IMG/VR virus record: IMGVR_UViG_3300023202_000068
Coordinates: 1 to 64,000 of that record
DNA: 64,000 nt
Source of the DNA: a virus
Direction: 5' to 3' (one strand)
Made by a program: the position numbers and the translations under genes. Below are positions 36,841-45,792 of this stretch, piece by piece. How positions within the stretch are numbered: position 1 is the first letter of the stretch; the number at the start of each line of letters is the position of its first letter. The notes below the pieces were generated by a model, which saw only the letters and a list, made by a program, of their open reading frames with translations, was not told where the DNA came from and ran no database searches.

Positions 36841-38049
36841 ATGCAAGAAATATATGTAGCTATCAACGGTGACGATGTAGGAAATTCAATAGGTTCCGCT
36901 ATTGCTTCTGACGATAGGGAATCACTTGGCTCTACAACCTCCACTTTAAAAGATATACATTCGCAAATTGACCAGTGGGTTGAGCAGTGCGGTGGTGAAG
37001 TTGTAACTTCTTCAGGAGATGAAGGTATCTATAAGGTACCACATGAGTGTGCTGATCACCTAGAGGATATTCGAAGTGAGTATCAAGAGCACACAGGGCA
37101 CACATTGACTATTGGTGTTGGCCAGAGCATGTCTGAAGCTGCCAAAGCTTTGATCTATGGAAAAATGAACAACAAAGACCAGATTGTAGAGTATGCACCT
37201 GAAATGGACGAAGCTATTTCAAGTGAAACTGGTGAAATGGGCACTCAAGGATACGAGCAGCAAAACGAAGGTAAACTTCCTGCAGAAGAAGAAATGTCTT
37301 ATCAAAAGGAAAATGCTGCTCAGCAAGAAGCTAGTATGGCTGAAGAGCCCGATGAAGACATGGTTGAAGAAGACGGTGAAGGCGAAGCTGATAAAGATGC
37401 CGAAGAGATCATTGAAGAAGCCTCTAATGACCCAGAGCATGAAAAAGACATGACTCCTGAAGAAGAGCGCGAGCATGATGCTGCAGAAAATGAGCTTGAT
37501 GAAATGGATGACGATATCGTTGAAGCCGATGAAGAGGCTAATATGGAAGGTATCGACGGCGAAGCTGGTGAAGAAGACATGCAAGTTGATGAAGATGAGA
37601 ATATGGAAGAAGAACCTGAAGCTGACGAAGGTGATCACGAAGATTTATTAGCCGAAATGGTTCATGCTCATATGTCTGGTGAAGAAGATGAAGAAATGCC
37701 AGAAGAAGAGATGATGGAAGAAGAGGTGCCTGAAGAAATGCCAGAAGAAGAGATGATGGAGGAGGACCAATACAGTGACGAAGAAATTGAAAACTTACGT
37801 GCTGATATTGCTCATTCTTTAAACTCCTTTAAGGCAAATAGAGAAATGATCTTGCAAATGCAACAGGCAAGTCCTGAAATGTACGAGAGCTTAATGGTAA
37901 TGCTAAGATCTATGATCGCTATGGGTAGACATATGGGTTTTGACGCTGAACAGGCTGCTGATGAACAAATGTCTGAAGCACAGGCACAAGAAGAAATGCC
38001 TGAAGCTGCTCCAGAAGGTCAACCAATGGCGATGTCTGAAAAAAAGTAG
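36841..38049 (+). CDS. mCpol/GGDEF-like palm domain plus long acidic tail
   Basis: YVAINGDDVG...GGEVVTSSGDE...TLTIGVGQSMSEAAKALIYGKMNNKD. Confidence 0.7.
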   Translation: MQEIYVAINGDDVGNSIGSAIASDDRESLGSTTSTLKDIHSQIDQWVEQCGGEVVTSSGDEGIYKVPHECADHLEDIRSEYQEHTGHTLTIGVGQSMSEAAKALIYGKMNNKDQIVEYAPEMDEAISSETGEMGTQGYEQQNEGKLPAEEEMSYQKENAAQQEASMAEEPDEDMVEEDGEGEADKDAEEIIEEASNDPEHEKDMTPEEEREHDAAENELDEMDDDIVEADEEANMEGIDGEAGEEDMQVDEDENMEEEPEADEGDHEDLLAEMVHAHMSGEEDEEMPEEEMMEEEVPEEMPEEEMMEEDQYSDEEIENLRADIAHSLNSFKANREMILQMQQASPEMYESLMVMLRSMIAMGRHMGFDAEQAADEQMSEAQAQEEMPEAAPEGQPMAMSEKK

Positions 38050-38090
38050 CAGGGGTAGGTCGTGGACCTAAAGATCCCATGAGCCTACCC
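38040..38090 (+). other. programmed -1 ribosomal frameshift signal
   Basis: In-phase A AAA AAG before TAG, 6-nt spacer, ~13-bp stem; -1 frame open into the 38079 ORF. Confidence 0.75.
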
Positions 38091-38354
38091 GACAAAGCCG
38101 CCAAAAAAATACCTAAAAAGCAAGCTCCAGTTGGTGCACAACGCGGTAATAAGCTTAAAGTATTAGATGGTGACACAGGTAAAGTTAGGTGGAGAAAAGG
38201 TACTAAGGGTTTCTTGAGAGACTATGACGGTGACCCTGTTAGTACAAATTACACGGCTAGGTATTTAAAACCTAAGCCAAAACACAGCCCACATATGGGG
38301 GGAAAGCGCAGACACGATCCACACATGGGTGACCGAGACGGCGCTTATCAATAA
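38079..38354 (+). CDS. basic ORF, probably the -1 frameshift extension of the 36841 gene
   Basis: No clear RBS; in the -1 frame of the upstream gene. Confidence 0.65.
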   Translation: MSLPDKAAKKIPKKQAPVGAQRGNKLKVLDGDTGKVRWRKGTKGFLRDYDGDPVSTNYTARYLKPKPKHSPHMGGKRRHDPHMGDRDGAYQ

Positions 38355-38362
38355 GGGATAGA

Positions 38363-39124
38363 ATGGCAAACTTTGATTTATTATTTGAAATAGATGTCGA
38401 AGATATGTCAAAAGATCTCGGTGAACTCAAAGAGATGATGCAAAAAGATCTCACCGAGGGAGTCCAGGCTGTCGCTTCTATGACACACGCAAAGACACTA
38501 GAGCTTGCTAGAGACGAGCTTAATAGTCTATCTTCAATGTACCAGGACAACGTAGAATTTGAACATCCTGAAAAAGGAATGTGGGTAGTTACGATTAAAA
38601 ATCCAGCTATGTGGATTGAAGAAGGACGTAAGTCCGGTTTTATGGAAGAGCTGTTGAACGGCAAGTCCAGTAAAGTCAACGCCAAGGGTGAAAGATACGC
38701 AGTTATACCTTTTAAGCATAATAAGAATCCAAGCGAACAGTCGGCTAAAGCACAAGAGTTAGCTGGACAGATTAAGTCTGCTATGAAAGATAAGGGATTA
38801 AGTGTAAAAAAACTTGAGCTTAATCAAGACGGTAGCCCTCGTATTGGCAAACTTCATTCTTTTAATGTAGAAAGTGCAAGACTTAAGCCTCACCATAAAG
38901 ATCCTGCTACTTACGGCGTTAGTGTTTATCAAAATAAAATGCCTGACGGTACCGTGAGAAGAGATGTAATGACTTTTAGAGTGATTACGGAAAAACACAA
39001 AGAAGAGGGCAAGTGGGTTCATCCAGGTAGACAGGGCTCTAAGATTCTTGATAAAGCTTTTGATTGGGCTATGCAGACTTGGGAGCGAGAAATTCTACCA
39101 GGAATATTGGAGAGTTATAAATGA
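38363..39124 (+). CDS. neck/tail-completion protein
   Basis: AMWIEEG, YAVIPFKH, TFRVIT..KWVHPG; neck context. Confidence 0.6.
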   Translation: MANFDLLFEIDVEDMSKDLGELKEMMQKDLTEGVQAVASMTHAKTLELARDELNSLSSMYQDNVEFEHPEKGMWVVTIKNPAMWIEEGRKSGFMEELLNGKSSKVNAKGERYAVIPFKHNKNPSEQSAKAQELAGQIKSAMKDKGLSVKKLELNQDGSPRIGKLHSFNVESARLKPHHKDPATYGVSVYQNKMPDGTVRRDVMTFRVITEKHKEEGKWVHPGRQGSKILDKAFDWAMQTWEREILPGILESYK

Positions 39125-40134
39125 GACCATATCCTTGCATAACAGGTATTTTTCAAGGTGACTTGATCATCAAGACTGCTATTGAGCTGTCCATTGAAGA
39201 CATACGAAAAAAACCATGGCTTATAGAAGATATGTTCGGCAGCCTTATTGAAAACCCATACCTAAAAGTCAAATATGGTATGAAGGAAATAGACAGGGCT
39301 AAAGAGTTTCTATTAAACAATGACATACCAGTATACATGAGACATAGAGTTGATAAGCAAGAATTTCCTTGCGTAACCATATCTATTGGTAATTCTCAAG
39401 AAGACAAGTCTCTAGCCACTCTAGGTGATCAATCCCCATATTTTGAAGAGTACGGAGCTGATGAGATCGGACAGCCTATTAAATACATTATACCACCTTT
39501 TGATCCGGTATCATATGATACTGCTACAGGAATTATAGAGGTACCAGAATCTGTTACAGACTACAGATTTATTAGTGAAGGTATGGTAGCTGTTGACCCT
39601 GAAACTGGTAATGGCTACATTATACAGGGTAAGGCTGGAACCAACGGTTTTCGAATATCCACTGGAGCTAACATAGCTGGTAGACTAGGGGTTGTGCCTC
39701 AGTTTCAAGTGTACAGGGCTAGACGTGAGCGTGCAGGTTCACAGGAGACATACAACATTGGATGCCATACACATGGAGACCCATCTACAGTCATATTTCT
39801 ATATGCTCTTGTAAAATATTCACTATACAGATACAGAGAAGGTCTGATAGAGGCCAGCAACTTTCAACTATCCAATCTTACATCTACCGATATGATTAAG
39901 AACGGAGCTTTTGATGTTGAAAATGTCTACTCTCGATTTATTACACTGAGTGGGCAAGTTGAAGAGAGTTGGGTTAAAGCCCCACACCGGAAGATTGAAG
40001 CTGTAGATATTATAGATCCAACAGAAGATGAAGGCCTTAGACAAGGTATTAAGATATTAAGTAACAGTGAACCTCCTAACCAGGATGAATGTGAAATGGT
40101 AAGGGTAATAGAAGATGAAGATTCGAATGAATAG
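39121..40134 (+). CDS. tail terminator/neck protein
   Basis: FPCVTISIG...VYSRFITL pattern; upstream of sheath. Confidence 0.55.
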   Translation: MRPYPCITGIFQGDLIIKTAIELSIEDIRKKPWLIEDMFGSLIENPYLKVKYGMKEIDRAKEFLLNNDIPVYMRHRVDKQEFPCVTISIGNSQEDKSLATLGDQSPYFEEYGADEIGQPIKYIIPPFDPVSYDTATGIIEVPESVTDYRFISEGMVAVDPETGNGYIIQGKAGTNGFRISTGANIAGRLGVVPQFQVYRARRERAGSQETYNIGCHTHGDPSTVIFLYALVKYSLYRYREGLIEASNFQLSNLTSTDMIKNGAFDVENVYSRFITLSGQVEESWVKAPHRKIEAVDIIDPTEDEGLRQGIKILSNSEPPNQDECEMVRVIEDEDSNE

Positions 40135-40143
40135 TAATCTTTA
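40135..40143 (+). promoter_or_regulatory. putative late promoter TAATCTTTA
   Basis: Upstream of 40174. Confidence 0.7.
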
Positions 40144-40173
40144 TAGATAACGAGCTATGTAGGTGATTTTTCT

Positions 40174-40515
40174 ATGAAAAACGATTCAAAAAACGATAAA
40201 ATTTACAATGACACAGATCTTGTGAAGGCTATCTATAAGACAATTCAGAAAAAAATGAAAAATCGTCACTACAAAGATGATGCCCAGGAAATCATACGTG
40301 ATGTCCTTGACCCTAACTATGTAGCTGAAGTAGACCCAGACGAGGTTCCAGCAGGTAAAACTAATATTACCATGAAGTCTGATAAGGGTGTTGATAAGTT
40401 GAAAAAATTTCAAAAAAGTAAGAAAAGTAAGAAGAAAGGCAGATGTTGGGACGGCTATGAGCCAACACCTGGTAAAAAACCATGTAGTGAAGGTTCATGT
40501 CGTAAAAAGAAGTAA
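40174..40515 (+). CDS. basic late protein with C-terminal CWDGYxxxPGK microdomain
   Basis: TMKSD, FQKSK; RCWDGYEPTPGKKPCSEGSCRKKK. Confidence 0.65.
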   Translation: MKNDSKNDKIYNDTDLVKAIYKTIQKKMKNRHYKDDAQEIIRDVLDPNYVAEVDPDEVPAGKTNITMKSDKGVDKLKKFQKSKKSKKKGRCWDGYEPTPGKKPCSEGSCRKKK

Positions 40516-40521
40516 CAATTC

Positions 40522-40530
40522 TAATCTTTA
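40522..40530 (+). promoter_or_regulatory. putative late promoter TAATCTTTA
   Basis: Upstream of 40565. Confidence 0.7.
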
Positions 40531-40564
40531 CTAGTAGCTGGTAACAAATATAAGGATAGCAAAT

Positions 40565-41482
40565 ATGAGCAAAAAAGACGATAAATCATACACTGCCCAC
40601 GATGCGGCTCTTGCTGTATTGAAGAAAGCTCAAGAGATGCTCAAGAAAAGCACTCTAGCAAAAGCTAATACTGCTCACGAAGTTGAGGCTGGTGGAGAAC
40701 CAAAATCTGAAGGCTCTGAAGCCCCTGAATACTTGGCAAACGCTGATATTGAAAGCACCTCAGGTACTGACAGAAATGAAGCCCCTGACCAAATCAAACA
40801 GGCTCATGTTGACACTGATGACGCTGAAAAAGAAAAGAAGCGTAAAAAATACGATGGCGCTATGAAAGCCAGCGACGATGATGAAGAAAAAGAAGAAGAG
40901 ATCGAAGAAGATCAAGAAGATTATGGTTCTGAAGAAGAAGACAAAGACGATGATCAAGAAGATTATCACCAAAAAGGTAAAGACGTACCTACAGACAAGG
41001 GTACTAAGCACTTTGGTAAATCTGAAGATGTAGAGGCAGCCGCTAAAGCAGTAATGGGTGATAAAGATCTAGACGATGTTTTGGATAAAATGCCTAAAGA
41101 CAAGCGAGACGATGTTTTGCGCAAACTTCGTGAAATGAAGAAAATGGGCAAATCAAAAGGTAGCATGATGGCTGCATGTAAGTCAGAACTAGCTAAGTGC
41201 GGAGAAATGGAACGCGGCAAGAAAATGAAAAAATCTGAATCTAACCATAAAGACGGTATTAGTAAAGTCTACGGTTTTCTTGCTAAAAGTTATGCTAAAA
41301 AAGCTGACGAAAAAAGAATGGCAACACCTGAGGAAATGCAATCTTTAGAAGAGGCCAAAAAAGAAAAGAAAAAGAAATTAAAAAAGATGGCTGGGGAAAC
41401 TGCAAAAGCACCAAAAGACATGATGAAGCCACAAAGTAACAGTTCTATGCCCCCTGTTCCAAGCGGAAAGCAAGGATACTAG
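40565..41482 (+). CDS. charged, disordered putative internal head protein with many xxK[S/A] sites
   Basis: LKKS, LAKA, AMKA, FGKSE, MGKS, ACKSE, MKKSE, LAKS. Confidence 0.7.
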   Translation: MSKKDDKSYTAHDAALAVLKKAQEMLKKSTLAKANTAHEVEAGGEPKSEGSEAPEYLANADIESTSGTDRNEAPDQIKQAHVDTDDAEKEKKRKKYDGAMKASDDDEEKEEEIEEDQEDYGSEEEDKDDDQEDYHQKGKDVPTDKGTKHFGKSEDVEAAAKAVMGDKDLDDVLDKMPKDKRDDVLRKLREMKKMGKSKGSMMAACKSELAKCGEMERGKKMKKSESNHKDGISKVYGFLAKSYAKKADEKRMATPEEMQSLEEAKKEKKKKLKKMAGETAKAPKDMMKPQSNSSMPPVPSGKQGY

Positions 41483-41719
41483 ATGCCTAGAAAAAAGAAA
41501 GTTGTAAAGAAAGAGGTAGTAATGGAAAAATCAAAGCGAGTTTTGAGAGATGATGAAGTTCGCAAGGAATTTCGTAATTACTTCGTAAAATTAAAAAGAA
41601 AATTACAGTTGGATGCTGGTCTAGAAGATATTATTTGGCTTCACCTACAATCGACTGGTAACGACAAGCCTGAGTTGTTTAACAAAGGCGTTGAAAATTT
41701 TGGCTATAAGGTACAATAA
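41483..41719 (+). CDS. small late protein
   Basis: ORF directly upstream of sheath. Confidence 0.65.
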   Translation: MPRKKKVVKKEVVMEKSKRVLRDDEVRKEFRNYFVKLKRKLQLDAGLEDIIWLHLQSTGNDKPELFNKGVENFGYKVQ

Positions 41720-41732
41720 GGAGATATGAAAG

Positions 41733-43877
41733 ATGGCACAAAGAATTAGTACATCGTTTATCAATACTAACAGGCCAGGTGCTTACTTCGATGTTCAAGT
41801 AAAGTCTACTCCTGTAGGTGTTGCAAGCTCAGGTAATATCATAATTATCGGTGAAGCTGCTGGTGGAGCTGCTGTTGCAGGAATCGATTCAGCAGAAGGT
41901 GATTTGCTAAAAGACAACTTTTTCACACCTGATCAGGTTGATAGAGTTGTTGCAAAATATATTAGTGGTCCAATTGTTGATGCTTTTAGAGCACTTTCAT
42001 CTCCTAGCTCTGATGCAAACATTTCTGGTTCTGCAAATAGAATTTACATTGCTAAAACGAACACTGGAACACGAGCCTCTGCGACTATCGCAAGTGCTTA
42101 CGGAACAATTCGAGATAAGAACTACGGAATTGATGGTAATAAATACTCTTTTAGTATTTCTCAGTCAATTGACGAAGAAGCCCCACAGATTACTGGTTCA
42201 GTAATCGCATCTTTTGGAGCGGCACTTGACGGTGACTTCAGAATGAGAATTGACGGTGGTGCTGAAATTACTGTAACAATTGCATCAAGTCCTGCAGATA
42301 TGACAGATCTTCTAACAGAACTTAACGGTGGTGCTTTGCCAGCCGGAGTGACTGCTACAGAGGGCACTGCTGCTGACAGCTTGACGCTAACATACGACGC
42401 AGATGCTGCGGCTAACAGTAAAGGAAGTGGTAAGTCTATCGAGCTTATTGAGGATTCTATTTTAGCTGCCCTTGGACACTCAGAAGGACTTGTAGTTTCT
42501 TCTGCTGAGCCTGAGGTTCAAGTTGATATCGTAAGACAAGACACTGGAATTAACGAGTCTTTCTTGGCTGAAGCTCAAGTTGCATTGAGAATTGGCTACG
42601 AAGGAACAACTGGAACTATAGATATTACAGACTCTAGCTTGACTACTACTGTAACTGGTGGTTCTGGAACTAACTTGAACATTAACTTGTCAGAGTATCC
42701 TTTGATGTCAGACTTGGCTGAGTTTATCAACTCACAAACTGGTTACACTTGTGTAGCTACCCCTGGGGCATCTCAAACTTCTCCTGTATCTCTTGACGAC
42801 GTTACAGGTGTTGGAATTGCTTCAAGTGATGCTGGAATCCTACCTGGTCGAATTAAAATTTCAACTCTTAGGTTTGAACAAGCAATAGGTCAATCTGCAG
42901 TATTAGATTTTATCTTAACTGCCGATGAAGGTCTACCAGAAGTTGCATCTAGTCAGTTTTTGACTGGTGGACAGCGCGGTGGAACTCTAGCTGCTGATTT
43001 TGTTACAGCTTACACAGACCTAGAGGGTATTGATGTAAACTTTGTAATTCCTTTGATCTCAAGAGATGCTTCTGCAGATATTCTTGACGGTCTAACGGAC
43101 TCTAGCTCTACTTATACAATTGCTGCTGTAAACGCTCTTACAAAAAGCCATGTACTTAAAATGTCTACGGCTAAACTTAAGAAGCACAGAACGGCATTTT
43201 GTAGTTTTGACGGTTCATACTCAGATGCAGTTGCTCAGGCTGGTTCACTAGCTAACCAACGTGTGTCGCTTTGTATGCAAAGAACTAGTCAGGTTAACGC
43301 TGTAGGGGCTGTTGTTAACTTTCAACCTTGGCACACCGCATGTATTGCTGCTGGTATGCAGGCTGCTGGTTTTTACAGATCTATCACAAACAAATTTGCA
43401 AACGTAATTAGCTTTAGCGACCCATCAGGTTTTGACTCTGGTAGCCCTGGAGATATTGAATCTGCTCTTGATGCTGGACTTCTTTTTCTTGAAAAAGCAG
43501 TTGTTGGTAACAAGTGGGTTTCCGATCAAACAACTTATGGAATTGACACAAACTTCGTTTACAACTCAGTTCAAGCTATGTATGCTTCTGATCTAGTTTC
43601 ACTTGATCTTGCAGACAGCTTTCAAACTGCCTTTGTTGGTCAGTCTTTGGCTGATGTAGATGCTTCTACTGCCTTGTCTTTCTTGGCTTCTAAAATGGAT
43701 GCATTTAAAAAACAAAAGCTTATAGCTGCTTCTGACGATGCCCCTCTTGGGTTCAAGAATGCTCGTGTAAGAATCAATGGTCCAATTATGGAAGTTGGTG
43801 TAGAAATTAAGCTTGCTACGGCAATCTTATTCATTCCAATTAACATTGAAATCAGTCAAGTACAAAGCGAAGCTTAG
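41733..43877 (+). CDS. contractile tail sheath protein
   Basis: RPGAYFDV, IIIGEAAGG, FLTGG..G, C-terminal ILFIPINIEI; 714 aa upstream of tube. Confidence 0.92.
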   Translation: MAQRISTSFINTNRPGAYFDVQVKSTPVGVASSGNIIIIGEAAGGAAVAGIDSAEGDLLKDNFFTPDQVDRVVAKYISGPIVDAFRALSSPSSDANISGSANRIYIAKTNTGTRASATIASAYGTIRDKNYGIDGNKYSFSISQSIDEEAPQITGSVIASFGAALDGDFRMRIDGGAEITVTIASSPADMTDLLTELNGGALPAGVTATEGTAADSLTLTYDADAAANSKGSGKSIELIEDSILAALGHSEGLVVSSAEPEVQVDIVRQDTGINESFLAEAQVALRIGYEGTTGTIDITDSSLTTTVTGGSGTNLNINLSEYPLMSDLAEFINSQTGYTCVATPGASQTSPVSLDDVTGVGIASSDAGILPGRIKISTLRFEQAIGQSAVLDFILTADEGLPEVASSQFLTGGQRGGTLAADFVTAYTDLEGIDVNFVIPLISRDASADILDGLTDSSSTYTIAAVNALTKSHVLKMSTAKLKKHRTAFCSFDGSYSDAVAQAGSLANQRVSLCMQRTSQVNAVGAVVNFQPWHTACIAAGMQAAGFYRSITNKFANVISFSDPSGFDSGSPGDIESALDAGLLFLEKAVVGNKWVSDQTTYGIDTNFVYNSVQAMYASDLVSLDLADSFQTAFVGQSLADVDASTALSFLASKMDAFKKQKLIAASDDAPLGFKNARVRINGPIMEVGVEIKLATAILFIPINIEISQVQSEA

Positions 43878-43902
43878 TAATTAGGATTTAAGGAGAAATA
43901 AA

Positions 43903-44370
43903 ATGGCAGGAACACCACAAACAGTAATGACAGGCGCACGAGCCAAAGTCTATGTTGACGATGTCTTAGTTGGTATCTTCGATAGTGTTAACTACGCGGT
44001 TAACATTGGTGCTGAGCCAATGTTTATCTTAGGTCGCTACAGTGCTTCTGAAATCACACATACTTCATACGAAGCGGTAACTGTAAACTGTTCAGGATTT
44101 AGACTTATTGGTAATGGTGGTCATGTACTACCAAAAGTACCTAAGGTTGAAGACTTGCTGCAGCTTGAATATGTTACACTAGCTGTAATTGACAGGCAAC
44201 AGACTGATAGTAATCCTATCTTAACAGTAACTAACTGTATACCTATTAGTTATTCAACTGGATACCAGGCAAAAGCTACTTCTAGAATTCAGGTTACATA
44301 CCTTGGAACCATTGCTTCTGACGAAGACGGGGCACAAGACGAATCACCTGGAGCAGTTAGCCTACCATAA
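43903..44370 (+). CDS. tail tube protein
   Basis: MTGARAKVYVD...VG...ILGRY; follows sheath. Confidence 0.85.
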   Translation: MAGTPQTVMTGARAKVYVDDVLVGIFDSVNYAVNIGAEPMFILGRYSASEITHTSYEAVTVNCSGFRLIGNGGHVLPKVPKVEDLLQLEYVTLAVIDRQQTDSNPILTVTNCIPISYSTGYQAKATSRIQVTYLGTIASDEDGAQDESPGAVSLP

Positions 44371-44391
44371 TTTTAGAGAGGATCTCGTAAG

Positions 44392-44832
44392 ATGGATACT
44401 AAAACTATCTATGATCTTCTCAAAGAAGTTCGTGACGATCAGAAAGAGCATAATAAAGAGGCACAGGAAACCAGGGAGGCCCTGGTAAAACAAGGTGTCT
44501 CTATTGAAAACATCAAGTCTGATATTTCAGAGATGAAAGTTGTTGCGTCAAGAAACACTGATAATATTGAAGAACACATGCAGAGAACTTACCAAGTTGA
44601 AGTTGGTCAGGAAAAGATGTTTACAGAGCTAGAAAGGCTGCATGTAGATAACTTAAAACGCATTGAAGAGCTACAACTAGCTTATGTAAATGTAAAAGAA
44701 AGAGTGAATAAGCTTGAAGAGCCTCAAAAGGCCAAAGCTTGGTTAAAAAAAAACTATCTAGCGATAGCTAGTATATTAACTGCCACAGGAAGTCTTGTAG
44801 CATTAGCTAGCAAGGTCTTAGGTTGGTGGTAA
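44392..44832 (+). CDS. coiled-coil protein with C-terminal transmembrane helix (possibly lysis-related)
   Basis: YLAIASILTATGSLVALASKVLGWW. Confidence 0.55.
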   Translation: MDTKTIYDLLKEVRDDQKEHNKEAQETREALVKQGVSIENIKSDISEMKVVASRNTDNIEEHMQRTYQVEVGQEKMFTELERLHVDNLKRIEELQLAYVNVKERVNKLEEPQKAKAWLKKNYLAIASILTATGSLVALASKVLGWW

Positions 44833-44836
44833 CAAA

Positions 44837-44860
44837 GAGCCCATAGGGGCTTTTTTTGTT
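44837..44860 (+). terminator. intrinsic terminator
   Basis: AGCCC-ATAG-GGGCT followed by T run. Confidence 0.7.
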
Positions 44861-44899
44861 TGGAGCGCAAAGGGTTGCGCTGTTTAGGAATGGGTAAAG

Positions 44900-45757
44900 A
44901 TGGCTGTAGAGTTAAAATGGCTTCGGCAAGGCCCAGTTGCATTTTCTGCAGATGGCGGCGCTGACGGTCTAGTAACAGTTGAGGATGTTCTATGCTTTAA
45001 AGTAAAGCAAGACATTGTCATATCTTCAGATACCCAGCCTAATCTCCAATTAGAAGTAAAGAGAGTCCTATCTCTTACCCAGCTCATAGTTGGTCCACGC
45101 TTCGACAGTAAAAACAGAAGAATAAATCAGTTAAATAAAAGAACAGATATTAGCGCCTACACAGTCGCTGACAATGCCTCCATACGTGCCAGCGAGCAGG
45201 ATAAGAAGTTTATCCCAACAGAAGACATGTGGAAGGCTGTGTACGAATTTGAGCCCACACTGGCCCTCAGAAACCTACTAGTAGACAAGGTTGGAAGTCC
45301 TCATTCTAATAAGAATCCATTGTGGACGGGCTTAACTGATGGTAACAACAACGCGGCTATCAATAATGATGGTAGTATTAATGTAAATATTGTAGAGGGT
45401 GGTGCAGCAGGCAGTAATATAGTATTTACAGATACTAGTGGTGAATTTACAGATACAACGGAAACACAGGTGGCGACGTATGTTTCTGATCAAAATAATA
45501 CAAGAATTACAAAATTTTTAGGGGAGGCACCTACCTTTGGTTGGTGGAGAATATATAAGAACGCAGTAAGTACTGTAAATCTTACAGTTTCTTTTAGAAC
45601 ATCTCCTTTTCAAAGAAATGGTGAATACGATCTGGAGATACCGGAAACACTGAGTGGCACCGACACATTGATCGTAACATTTCAAGCAGACAGGTATCGT
45701 AGCAATCTTTTAGGTAGTACGGCGTCTACTTTTGTAAGACTTGAGGGTGTAAAATAA
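44900..45757 (+). CDS. virion structural protein
   Basis: Beta-rich; AINNDGSINVNI motif; tail region. Confidence 0.55.
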   Translation: MAVELKWLRQGPVAFSADGGADGLVTVEDVLCFKVKQDIVISSDTQPNLQLEVKRVLSLTQLIVGPRFDSKNRRINQLNKRTDISAYTVADNASIRASEQDKKFIPTEDMWKAVYEFEPTLALRNLLVDKVGSPHSNKNPLWTGLTDGNNNAAINNDGSINVNIVEGGAAGSNIVFTDTSGEFTDTTETQVATYVSDQNNTRITKFLGEAPTFGWWRIYKNAVSTVNLTVSFRTSPFQRNGEYDLEIPETLSGTDTLIVTFQADRYRSNLLGSTASTFVRLEGVK

Positions 45758-45768
45758 GATAAGAATGT

Positions 45769-45777
45769 TAATCTTTA
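45769..45777 (+). promoter_or_regulatory. putative late promoter TAATCTTTA
   Basis: Upstream of 45793. Confidence 0.7.
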
Positions 45778-45792
45778 GTGTAAGAGGTACAT

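Noticed and set aside
37193-37638. Alternative-frame and antisense Phe/Ser-rich ORFs (similar ones at 23488, 24326, 40760, 48626, 49085)
   Set aside because: Shadows of low-complexity sense genes, with no RBS or motifs
37690-37760. 29-nt direct duplication in the acidic tail
   Set aside because: Simple in-frame EEMPEEEMMEE duplication in a disordered region
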